IMG/VR virus record: IMGVR_UViG_3300037780_000049
Span: 1 to 42,349 of that record
Direction: 5' to 3' (one strand)
DNA: 42,349 bases
Origin: a virus
Taxonomy: Duplodnaviria; Caudoviricetes
The notes under the pieces were generated by a model that searched no databases, was not told the DNA's origin, and was given only the letters and a program-made list of their open reading frames with translations. The translations under genes and the position numbers were made by a program. Positions 1-6,898 of the stretch are shown one piece after another; within the stretch, counting starts at the first letter, position 1; each line of letters opens with the position of its first letter.

Positions 1-2
1 GC

Positions 3-386
3 GTGTTCACGCCCAAGGAATATGCCGGCGCCGCCCGTATGGCCGACAGTTCCGTCCGCCGCCGCGCCACGGTCAGGGGCACGACGCCCAACCAGCAGTT
101 GACGGACGCCGCGGCGGACGTGCTGCCGAACACGATTCCCGACAGCGGCACGGCTGGCCGCCTGGGGGCGGGCATGGCTATCGGGTACGGGGCTGGTGCG
201 CTCAACCCGGCAACGCTGGCCGGTCTCGCCGCCGCAGCCGCACCCTACAGCCGTCCAGGTCAGAAATTGGCGAACAGCCTGTTCGTGGGGGAGCGCGGCA
301 AGGCCATGAGGCTGATCGCGGAGGCCGCTGAGCGGGCGCGCAGGGTTTCGCCGCAGGTGCTGGTGCCGTTGGCGGAGAGCGACTAG
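3..386 (+). CDS. C-terminal part of internal virion/DNA ejection protein (5'-truncated)
   Basis: Ala/Gly-rich ORF open at the window edge (VLPNTIPDSGTAGRL). Probably the end of the gene starting at 41946. Confidence 0.6.
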   Translation: MFTPKEYAGAARMADSSVRRRATVRGTTPNQQLTDAAADVLPNTIPDSGTAGRLGAGMAIGYGAGALNPATLAGLAAAAAPYSRPGQKLANSLFVGERGKAMRLIAEAAERARRVSPQVLVPLAESD

Positions 387-453
387 AACTTCTGCCTGGT
401 TGATTTCGGCGTCACCCGACCCCTAATATAGAAAACCTATTACGGGGGTTGAG

Positions 454-747
454 ATGAAACTGATTGTTTCGGCCATTGTGGCTTTGGGAATTGCGGGCTG
501 CGCCTCTCAGGAAGAGGCCGCACTGAAGTATCAGACCACGCCTTCCATGCAGTTGTGCGTCGATTACATGACGCTGCCCACCATCAACATCTATCAGGAA
601 GCGCGCGCCCGAGAAATTGAGCGCCGGGGCGTCGACTGTAGCCAGTACGCGGATATCGCGGCTGCGCGAGCGAACGCCAACAGCGGGTCATCGGTGAACT
701 GCACCAGCACGCAGTCTGGGAACCAGACCCACACCACCTGCCACTGA
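454..747 (+). CDS. Small lipoprotein (moron; possible superinfection exclusion)
   Basis: Signal peptide with lipobox IAGC, Cys-rich mature part, own candidate promoter (TTGATT-N18-TAATAT, 400-429) and a terminator. Confidence 0.7.
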   Translation: MKLIVSAIVALGIAGCASQEEAALKYQTTPSMQLCVDYMTLPTINIYQEARAREIERRGVDCSQYADIAAARANANSGSSVNCTSTQSGNQTHTTCH

Positions 748-768
748 TACTGTCTCCAGCCATTTGAC

Positions 769-797
769 GGGCGGTCTTCGGGCCGCCCTTTTTGTTT
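769..797 (+). terminator. Rho-independent terminator
   Basis: GGGCGGTC-TTCG-GGCCGCCC stem with UUCG loop, followed by TTTTTGTTT. Confidence 0.85.
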
Positions 798-922
798 GAG
801 CGCTCGCCCGACGCTGGCACGCCGGGCGAGCTGATCACCAGCCACCTGATTGAGAGGTAGCATGATGACCGAGGCCAACACTACGGGCGGGGCGCAGGGG
901 CTCGCTCATCACGAAAGCGTGA

Positions 923-1150
923 ATGATGGATGAGACACCCGGAGGCTGGCACCTCGATAAGAGGGTGTCTGTTGGGCACATCGTCACGACGCTGATGGCC
1001 CTTCTCGCGGCGCTGTTTGCCTACGCCAACCTTGAAACGCGGGTTTCCGTGCTGGAGGTGCAGACGAATAGCGTCAAGGAGGACATCGGCGAAATCAAGC
1101 GCGCGACCCTCCGGATAGAAGACAAGCTGGACCGCAAGGTCGATAAGTAA
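923..1150 (+). CDS. Small single-TM coiled-coil protein (holin/XhlA-like)
   Basis: One hydrophobic helix followed by a heptad-like tail ending in RIEDKLDRKVDK; first gene of the lysis region. Confidence 0.6.
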   Translation: MMDETPGGWHLDKRVSVGHIVTTLMALLAALFAYANLETRVSVLEVQTNSVKEDIGEIKRATLRIEDKLDRKVDK

Positions 1151-2331
1151 TGCGCCGGGATTACGCGGCCCTCCGACCGTACGCCTACACGGACCGGATG
1201 CGGCAGTACATCGACTCCATCATCCAGCATGGTGGGGTTGTCCAGGCGGCGGAAGCGATAGGGATTGATAAAGCGGCCATCTACCGGGCTCTGAAGGCCA
1301 TAGAGCGCAAGGCGGCGGTTCAGGGGCATTCTCCTGAGCACGACATGACCAAGACCGTCCCTGAGCCTTACATCGTCAAGGGTACGAGCACGCTCTACAA
1401 CCGCGACGGCGAACCCACCCTGCAATGGGTCAAGACCAAGGTCGACGAGCAGAAGTGGCTGGAGCATCTGGTCAGCTTCGTCGGGGACCTGGCGGAAGGG
1501 GTTGCCGGGAAACACCAGCCCACACCGGCGCCGGCGGTTCAGGACGGCGACCTTCTTACCGTCTACCCCCTGGGTGACCCGCATATTGGCATGTACGCAT
1601 GGGGCGAGCAGAGCGGGGAGGATTTCGACCTCGACGTTGCCGAGCGCGACCTTCGCGGGGCAATGACACGGCTGGTGGAGAGTTCGCCACCGTCCAAAAC
1701 GGCGGTCATCCTCAATCTTGGCGACTACTATCATGGTGACGACCCGTCCAACATGACGAAGCGGTCGGGCAATGTCCTGGACGTGGACACCCGCTGGGAA
1801 AAGGTCATGCGGGTTGGCGCCCGCATCATGTTCTGGATGGTCGAGCACGCCCTGACCAAGCACGAGACGGTCATCGTCAGAAACGTGCAGGGCAACCACG
1901 ACGACCAGTCGGCCTTCGCCCTGTCCCTCATTCTCGAGGCGTATTTCTCAGCCGAACCGAGGGTGCAAGTGGAAACGTCTGCCAAGCCGTTCTGGTACTA
2001 CCGCTTCGGAAAGGTGCTCATCGGCTCCACCCACGGCGACAAGGTGAAGCAGGCGGAGCTGCCCAACATCATGGCGGCCGACCGCGCCGAGGATTGGGGC
2101 GCGACCGAATACCGCTACTGGTACACCGGCCACATCCACCACCGGGACGTGAAAGAGCATTACGGCGTGGTGTGCGAGAGCTTCCGCACCCTTGCTGCCT
2201 CCGACAACTACCACCATTCCCACGGCTACCGTTCGGGCCGGGATATGTGCGCCATCGTCCACCACCGGGAGTGGGGAGAGGTGGAGCGGCACCGGGCGGA
2301 TATCAGACGGATACGTTCCGAAAATGGCTGA
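1150..2331 (+). CDS. N-terminal HTH plus calcineurin-like metallophosphoesterase
   Basis: Motifs GDPHIG, LGDYYH, GNHD, THGD, GHIHH. N-terminal AAEAIGIDKAAIYR helix-turn-helix. Confidence 0.85.
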   Translation: MRRDYAALRPYAYTDRMRQYIDSIIQHGGVVQAAEAIGIDKAAIYRALKAIERKAAVQGHSPEHDMTKTVPEPYIVKGTSTLYNRDGEPTLQWVKTKVDEQKWLEHLVSFVGDLAEGVAGKHQPTPAPAVQDGDLLTVYPLGDPHIGMYAWGEQSGEDFDLDVAERDLRGAMTRLVESSPPSKTAVILNLGDYYHGDDPSNMTKRSGNVLDVDTRWEKVMRVGARIMFWMVEHALTKHETVIVRNVQGNHDDQSAFALSLILEAYFSAEPRVQVETSAKPFWYYRFGKVLIGSTHGDKVKQAELPNIMAADRAEDWGATEYRYWYTGHIHHRDVKEHYGVVCESFRTLAASDNYHHSHGYRSGRDMCAIVHHREWGEVERHRADIRRIRSENG

Positions 2332-2518
2332 CAATCCTTCCGAAAATGTAATCCATGCCGAGCATCGGTTTATACGCACCCCGCCGGTTGCAGATAACTG
2401 CCCAGCCCTTGCAGACGGTGGGTGGCTGAAGATGCTCAGAGAGGGGAATGCGGGGGACTGCCAAGCAAAAGATGTCGCCGATTGGCATGACCGCCCCTGC
2501 GACACGGAGCCTGAATGA
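2324..2518 (+). CDS. Hypothetical protein
   Basis: ATG overlaps the upstream gene end and the stop overlaps the next start (MADNPSENVI...). Confidence 0.45.
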   Translation: MADNPSENVIHAEHRFIRTPPVADNCPALADGGWLKMLREGNAGDCQAKDVADWHDRPCDTEPE

Positions 2519-2709
2519 CCGACCTCCCGACACGCCGCCCGTCCGTGACCGTCACGGGCGAATACCTCTCCGCGTCCGTCTCCTTCGACCCAAGGACGGG
2601 GGCGCCCTGTGAAGTGTTCTTCGTCTCCCGAGGCAAGACAGGCACGGACCTGAACGAAGAGCTTGAAGAGCTATCCATCCAGATCAGCAGGATCATGCAG
2701 CACCGATGA
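2515..2709 (+). CDS. Stand-alone TSCPD-like domain protein (resembles C-terminal region of class II RNR)
   Basis: RRPSVT...SFDPRTGAPCEVF...KTGTDL...SIQISRIMQH pattern; overlaps its neighbours. Confidence 0.6.
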   Translation: MTDLPTRRPSVTVTGEYLSASVSFDPRTGAPCEVFFVSRGKTGTDLNEELEELSIQISRIMQHR

Positions 2710-3254
2710 GCTTTCTCGATAATGCCCTCGACGCCATCATTGCCCGCGAAGGCGGCTATGTGAACGACCCGGCGGACAGGGGCGGGGAGACCCGTTACGG
2801 CATCACGGTCGCCGTTGCCCGACAGAGCGGCTATGACGGACCGATGAAGGATCTGCCGCTGGACCTGGCGAAGAACATCTATGCCGACCAGTATTGGCGC
2901 CGTCCCGGCTTCTCCCGCGTCTCTCAGGTCTCCGAACGCCTTGCAGAGCGGATGCTGGACTGCGGCATCAACATGGGGCCTTCAGTCTCCACCGGTTTCC
3001 TCCAGCGCGCCCTGAACGCCCTGTCACAGAACGGCGAACTCTACGAGATGCTGACCCGCGACGGGGCCTATGGCGACCGCACCCATTCCGCCCTGAGGGC
3101 CTACATACGGGCCCGCGGGCGTTCCGGTGGGGAACAGGTGCTCATCACGGCATTCAACGGCCTTCAGACCCAGCGGTACATCGAGCTGACCGAGGGCCGC
3201 CCACAGAACGCGAGATTCACCTTCGGCTGGCTGAGGCACCGGATATGGCTGTGA
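2706..3254 (+). CDS. Endolysin, glycoside hydrolase family 108 with peptidoglycan-binding domain
   Basis: EGGYVNDPADRGGETRYGIT catalytic motif; LQRALN...DGAYGDRT; C-terminal FTFGWLRHR. Confidence 0.93.
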   Translation: MSFLDNALDAIIAREGGYVNDPADRGGETRYGITVAVARQSGYDGPMKDLPLDLAKNIYADQYWRRPGFSRVSQVSERLAERMLDCGINMGPSVSTGFLQRALNALSQNGELYEMLTRDGAYGDRTHSALRAYIRARGRSGGEQVLITAFNGLQTQRYIELTEGRPQNARFTFGWLRHRIWL

Positions 3255-3526
3255 ACCCGAGGAACGATGAAGGGACGTGGGGTGTCCGACGCATCATCAT
3301 CATTACGACGCTGGCCCTGTGCGCGTTCGTGGTGCTGCGCTTCACCCTGTTCCGGGCAGACGATACGGAAGTGAACTCCACGCTCGTCATGGGCGCCTTT
3401 ACGTTGGCGGGCGCGGTTATCGGCTCGTACGTCTTCGGCGCTGTCTGGGACGACATCGAGGTGCGGAAAGAGCGGCGCCGCGACCGGCTCTATGACCGTT
3501 TCCCCTACGACGATAGGCCCGTGTGA
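3251..3526 (+). CDS. Holin-like protein (2 TM helices)
   Basis: GTG start overlaps the endolysin TGA; two hydrophobic helices; GSYVFGAVWDD; charged tail. Confidence 0.7.
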   Translation: MNPRNDEGTWGVRRIIIITTLALCAFVVLRFTLFRADDTEVNSTLVMGAFTLAGAVIGSYVFGAVWDDIEVRKERRRDRLYDRFPYDDRPV

Positions 3527-3642
3527 TGGAAATCCTTGGCTGGATATTCCTCGTGCTGCTGGTTGTCGGCGCCCTTGGCTGGTGGGTGCTGAAGGCTCTC
3601 GCCAAGAGCTTTTGGTGGGGAGGAGTAGGTGCGGCGAGGTAA
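3526..3642 (+). CDS. Small membrane peptide (38 aa)
   Basis: MEILGWIFLVLLVVGALGWWVLKALAKSFWWGGVGAAR; TGATG coupling to the upstream gene. Confidence 0.5.
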   Translation: MEILGWIFLVLLVVGALGWWVLKALAKSFWWGGVGAAR

Positions 3643-3647
3643 GCATT

Positions 3648-3761
3648 TGGTGCCGACCGGGATACGCCCAATCCAAAACACCGAGAGTCCCTTTGCCGGG
3701 CATTTGCCGACAGGCTTCCCTCTCACCCGCTGCTCTCGCACGTCAGAGACGCCGCCGCACC
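3648..3761 (-). ncRNA. Candidate ~114-nt cloverleaf-like small RNA ending in CCA
   Basis: Extended -10 TGCTATACT 7 nt upstream. 5' GGUGC pairs with 3' GCACC(A). Three internal hairpins; a G-U pair favours the minus strand. Confidence 0.5.
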
Positions 3762-3778
3762 GTGACGGAGTATAGCAG

Positions 3779-4336
3779 ATGCCCGTTCTGATGAAAATCT
3801 TCTGGTGGTGCGTCGCCCACAGGAAGTGGCTCGGCATCGGCCTTGCCGTGCTGGCCGTCCTCGGGGCGCTGTGGTGGTACGGGAGCAGCCGGTATCAGGC
3901 AGGGGAAGCCCACGTACAGGCCAAGTGGGATGCCGACGTAGCCTATCGAGAAAAGGCCTTCCACGCCCTCCAGGCTGGCTACTGGAACCTTCAGCGGCAG
4001 ATGCAGGAAAAGTACAGCATCCTCAGACAGGAGAAAGCCGATGCCGATGCGCGTGTTGCTGATTCTCAGCGCCGTATTGATGACCTCTTGCGCGACCGGC
4101 CCAAGCGGCCCACCAATCTGTCCAGCCCCGCCCCAGCTACCGCCGCTGGAGAAGCTGCCCCCGGTTGTACTGGAAAGCAGCTTTTCGGAGAGGATGGAAC
4201 TGTTCTTAAGCGGGAAGCTGCCAGAGCCGATTCCATCCGCACAGCCCTAGCCCTCTGCCAAGCCCAATATCAGGCAGCCGTGGACGCCTACGAGGCGGCG
4301 CGGGCTATCAACAATGGAGAAACCGATGACCGATAA
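3779..4336 (+). CDS. Rz-like inner-membrane spanin
   Basis: N-terminal TM helix, coiled coil, C-terminal AARADSIRTALALCQAQY. The start may be 3791. Confidence 0.85.
   Translation: MPVLMKIFWWCVAHRKWLGIGLAVLAVLGALWWYGSSRYQAGEAHVQAKWDADVAYREKAFHALQAGYWNLQRQMQEKYSILRQEKADADARVADSQRRIDDLLRDRPKRPTNLSSPAPATAAGEAAPGCTGKQLFGEDGTVLKREAARADSIRTALALCQAQYQAAVDAYEAARAINNGETDDR
4041..4250 (+). CDS. Rz1-like outer-membrane spanin lipoprotein, embedded in Rz in the +1 frame
   Basis: Lipobox LMTSC, Pro-rich mature part with Cys, fully nested in Rz. Confidence 0.8.
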   Translation: MPMRVLLILSAVLMTSCATGPSGPPICPAPPQLPPLEKLPPVVLESSFSERMELFLSGKLPEPIPSAQP

Positions 4337-4445
4337 ATCGTGGACCAACCTGTCCGACCTCCGCTTCATCGCGAAGAAGAAAGAGTTCTGGGCGTCACTC
4401 GCTGCCGCGTTCGTCATCGGGCTGGGCGTGGGGCTGGTGTTCTAG
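4326..4445 (+). CDS. Small C-terminally anchored membrane peptide (39 aa)
   Basis: GGAG RBS; MTDKSWTNLSDLRFIAKKKEFWASLAAAFVIGLGVGLVF. Confidence 0.55.
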   Translation: MTDKSWTNLSDLRFIAKKKEFWASLAAAFVIGLGVGLVF

Positions 4446-4649
4446 AAGCGCCACGACGGGCTTATCCAACGACTTTAGCATCCGCTCCAGTGTCTCACGC
4501 AATTCAGTGACCGATGACCCGACGACATCTATTGGGTCGCTCGTCCAGCTGTGCGGCTCGGTCTGTCCTTCGTCATAATAGCACTCGTGGATGGCGTAGT
4601 ACGGATCTGTTGGGTGGTCGTGCCGCAGAACCCTATGATTCCAATGCAT
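4395..4649 (-). CDS. Hypothetical phage protein
   Basis: GGAG RBS; WNHRV...YAIHECYY...LERMLKSLDKPV pattern typical of small phage proteins. Confidence 0.7.
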   Translation of the reverse strand: MHWNHRVLRHDHPTDPYYAIHECYYDEGQTEPHSWTSDPIDVVGSSVTELRETLERMLKSLDKPVVALLEHQPHAQPDDERGSE

Positions 4650-4842
4650 GAGACTCCTCCGCAGGAATGTTGTTGAGCGCGCCCTCTTCGATCAGCTTCT
4701 GGCACCGTCGGCACGTTACGGCGTCATTGCGGATCGTCCAAGATTCAACAGAGAGATCGACCTTGCGCATGCTTCGCACCCGGCAGAGCGGAATGATGTC
4801 GCCGCGGTCATTTACAAGCTTGGCGCGATGATACTTTGTCAC
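4633..4842 (-). CDS. Hypothetical zinc-binding protein
   Basis: Likely GTG start (TKYHRAKL); H...C...VTCRRC motif; AT-rich upstream region with TGCTATTGT. Confidence 0.55.
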   Translation of the reverse strand: MTKYHRAKLVNDRGDIIPLCRVRSMRKVDLSVESWTIRNDAVTCRRCQKLIEEGALNNIPAEESHALES

Positions 4843-4920
4843 CGGGAACACCTGTGGAACATTTACGAAAATCCGCAGCCAAAACAATAGCATAAACCAC
4901 GCCGCAAAGCGCGGTTTTCT

Positions 4921-4949
4921 TTGCCTTTTCGGCTCCGGAAGGGTATCCT
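4921..4949 (+). promoter_or_regulatory. Sigma70-type promoter
   Basis: TTGCCT-N17-TATCCT, pointing into the hairpin-rich region that starts at 4956. Confidence 0.65.
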
Positions 4950-4955
4950 TGGAAA

Positions 4956-5379
4956 AGATTGAGGCCCGGAGCGGGAAACTCCGAGCCTCGATTTCGAGAC
5001 GAGTCCTTTGGCGGTGTTCCTCGTCTCCGTTGCAGCGGATTTTACCCCATCCCCCGCAATTTCGCAACGCCGATAGATCGCCCGCAGTCGGTGGATCCTG
5101 CTTTCAAATCCATCATGCCTCGGGGGCACTTCACTCGCAAGAGGCTTCCGACCCGGCCAAATGCTCCATGTGGCTATGGCCGTAACTCGCGCATATGTAC
5201 GGCACTCTATTTTCATGGTCGTGGTTCGACCGCCGGGCGGCTGACCCCCGTTACAGGGTACGCGAGCTATACGAGGCTGAAACAGCATGGTCCTAGACCG
5301 CGTGGCCCCAGGCTTCCCTATGAAGCCGCACTCAGGGTAGGGCCGGGATAACGCGGAAGGCGGAGTATGCCCAGCTTCC
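4956..5379 (+). ncRNA. Candidate large structured non-coding RNA (~425 nt)
   Basis: Contiguous helices (4956-4994, 4996-5027, 5028-5069, 5087-5152 multiloop, 5154-5182, 5186-5266, 5298-5356), a GCAA tetraloop, + strand G-U pairs and an upstream promoter. Overlapping ORFs are not protein-like. Confidence 0.6.
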
Positions 5380-5380
5380 A

Positions 5381-5572
5381 TCACTCCCCTCCCGGTGGGG
5401 CTGGCAGGGGCTGCCAGTGGGTGGGGCTCGCCTCGTGGAACCACTGGCCAGCCGACCAATATCCCGACCCGGCATCCCAATATCCAATCTTGGTGAGCCT
5501 CTTCGGGCTATAGTGCAGCAGAACCCGCGTCCCATCCCTCGGCGCCGTCTCTATCGGCATCCACTCACTCAT
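5381..5572 (-). CDS. DUF551-like phage protein
   Basis: WMPIETAPRDGT...PTHWQPLPAPP signature. Confidence 0.85.
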   Translation of the reverse strand: MSEWMPIETAPRDGTRVLLHYSPKRLTKIGYWDAGSGYWSAGQWFHEASPTHWQPLPAPPGGE

Positions 5573-5623
5573 CCCAGCTTCCCCCTTCTTCCAGGTGCCG
5601 GCGGACTTCGGCTATCGCGGCGG

Positions 5624-5818
5624 TCATGGCTTACCCCTCAGTTCCGGCGGCAGCGCCTGACGGGCGACCAGCTTGATGATATCGTAGTTCGCTTGGCCCG
5701 GCCCATCACCAAGGTTGCCCTCGGCTATTGCCCTCAGCGCGGCGTACGCGTCATCCAACCGGACGGCCATTGAACGCCTCCGACGCAGCCACCGCGCCAC
5801 CTTCTCCCGCAGCGTCAT
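5624..5818 (-). CDS. Hypothetical protein
   Basis: ATGA-coupled ORF in the leftward cluster; GGAGG RBS. Confidence 0.6.
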   Translation of the reverse strand: MTLREKVARWLRRRRSMAVRLDDAYAALRAIAEGNLGDGPGQANYDIIKLVARQALPPELRGKP

Positions 5819-6030
5819 GGCCCACCTCCCAGCATCAACTGAATGATTTCGCGCATTCGGCTTCGGTACGCGCTCGCCAGACTACGCCCGACCTCATCGT
5901 CACCTAGCGCGTCTTCGTCTGACAGATTCGCCAATGATGAAGTGAGCGTGACCCGCAGCGTCATAGCTTGCGCGCGCGAAAGTTCGACGCCATTGATCGT
6001 TATGCGCGGCTCGTCGCCTTCCAGCGTCAT
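5815..6030 (-). CDS. Hypothetical protein
   Basis: EPRITINGVELSRAQAMTLRV; coupled ORF with GGAGG RBS. Confidence 0.7.
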   Translation of the reverse strand: MTLEGDEPRITINGVELSRAQAMTLRVTLTSSLANLSDEDALGDDEVGRSLASAYRSRMREIIQLMLGGGP

Positions 6031-6302
6031 GGCTTGTCCTCCAGCGCCGCAGGGATGAGGTCGCCGCTGTCAGGCCCGAAATACGCCTCCACATGCGCTA
6101 TCGTTCCGATGCCATACCCCGCCTCCCGCAGCGCCCGGAGCTGGGCGGATACGATGAGGGCGTCGAGGTGGGCTTGGGCTTCCGCAACCTGCCCATCGGC
6201 TGGGATAGCTGTCAGGCGAATGGCGGGGCCATATGGCGTATCCACAACCCACCGCGCCCGCGTCTCCCTCATCGCGGCTTCCATGATGTCGCGGATGCTC
6301 AT
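6027..6302 (-). CDS. Hypothetical protein
   Basis: ATGA-coupled ORF in the same operon. Confidence 0.6.
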   Translation of the reverse strand: MSIRDIMEAAMRETRARWVVDTPYGPAIRLTAIPADGQVAEAQAHLDALIVSAQLRALREAGYGIGTIAHVEAYFGPDSGDLIPAALEDKP

Positions 6303-6553
6303 GGGGTGGGGTCCTTCCGGCTCTTCAGCGAGCGTAGATGCTCGGCAATGTGCATGGCCGCGTGATAGGCGGCGGAATGGATGCAGCCCTCGACCATCAA
6401 ATCTTTGGCCTTCTCGAAGTCGGCACGCGTTCGGCTGGCGCCGCTCAGAACCGGGTCCAGAAATATGGTGTCCTCTGCCTGCCGCATCCGCTCTTCAGCG
6501 TAGAACTCAGCGAACTTGGCCGCCTCTTCCAAGGCATCGTCGCGGTCGCTCAT
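6299..6553 (-). CDS. Hypothetical protein
   Basis: AGGAGG RBS upstream of MSDRDDALEEAAK. Confidence 0.65.
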   Translation of the reverse strand: MSDRDDALEEAAKFAEFYAEERMRQAEDTIFLDPVLSGASRTRADFEKAKDLMVEGCIHSAAYHAAMHIAEHLRSLKSRKDPTP

Positions 6554-6714
6554 GTGTCTCGTCCTCCTATGCCTGACCGGGGCGGTTTGGGCAGAACACG
6601 CAATACTGCGGAACACCCTGCACGCCGGGCGGCGGCTTGGTTGCTGAGGTGCCGCCGCTGCTCCACGTTGTGAGCGGCTGACCGCAGTAAGCCATGTCGC
6701 AGGTGGTGAGCCGT

Positions 6715-6729
6715 GAACATCCCGAGAAC
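6715..6729. promoter_or_regulatory. Alphaproteobacterial LexA (SOS) box
   Basis: GAAC-ATCCCGA-GAAC (GAAC-N7-GAAC), intergenic, next to attP. Confidence 0.45.
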
Positions 6730-6802
6730 CTACTGGTGGGACTTTGATGGGACTCCGTAGCCGATTCGTTCGCGTTCTCGCTCATTTTTTCCAAATCCTC
6801 GA

Positions 6803-6831
6803 TTGCTAAAAATCGGGCGAAAGCCTAGAAA
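6803..6831 (+). promoter_or_regulatory. Promoter upstream of the tRNA fragment
   Basis: TTGCTA-N17-TAGAAA, 9 nt before the tRNA 5' end. Confidence 0.6.
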
Positions 6832-6840
6832 ACCGCCATC

Positions 6841-6882
6841 CGGGGCGTAGCTCAGTCTGGTAGAGTGCCTGCTTTGGGAGCA
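6841..6882 (+). other. attP core: 5' half of tRNA-Pro(TGG)
   Basis: CGGGGCG-TA-GCTCAGTCTGGTAGAGT-G-CCTGC-TTTGGGA-GCA gives acceptor 5' strand, D arm and anticodon arm. No T arm or 3' end. It lies immediately downstream of int. Confidence 0.85.
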
Positions 6883-6898
6883 TCACAATTATACCGAT

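Noticed and set aside
830-922. Hammerhead ribozyme (CTGAT... and CGAAA present)
   Set aside because: No exact CUGANGA core and no consistent stem I/II/III arrangement.
5177-5204. Group II intron domain V-like hairpin (GCCGTA...TACGGC)
   Set aside because: No clean catalytic triad/GNRA geometry, no domain VI, no GUGYG 5' end and no reverse transcriptase in the window.
4863-5480. ORFs 4863-5480(-), 4959-5351(+) and 4949-5185(+) as proteins
   Set aside because: Arg/Pro/Ser-rich and motif-free; the + strand ORFs have TTG starts without RBS. A coupled ATG at 5381 on the minus strand means that ORF cannot be fully excluded, but base-pairing explains the region better.
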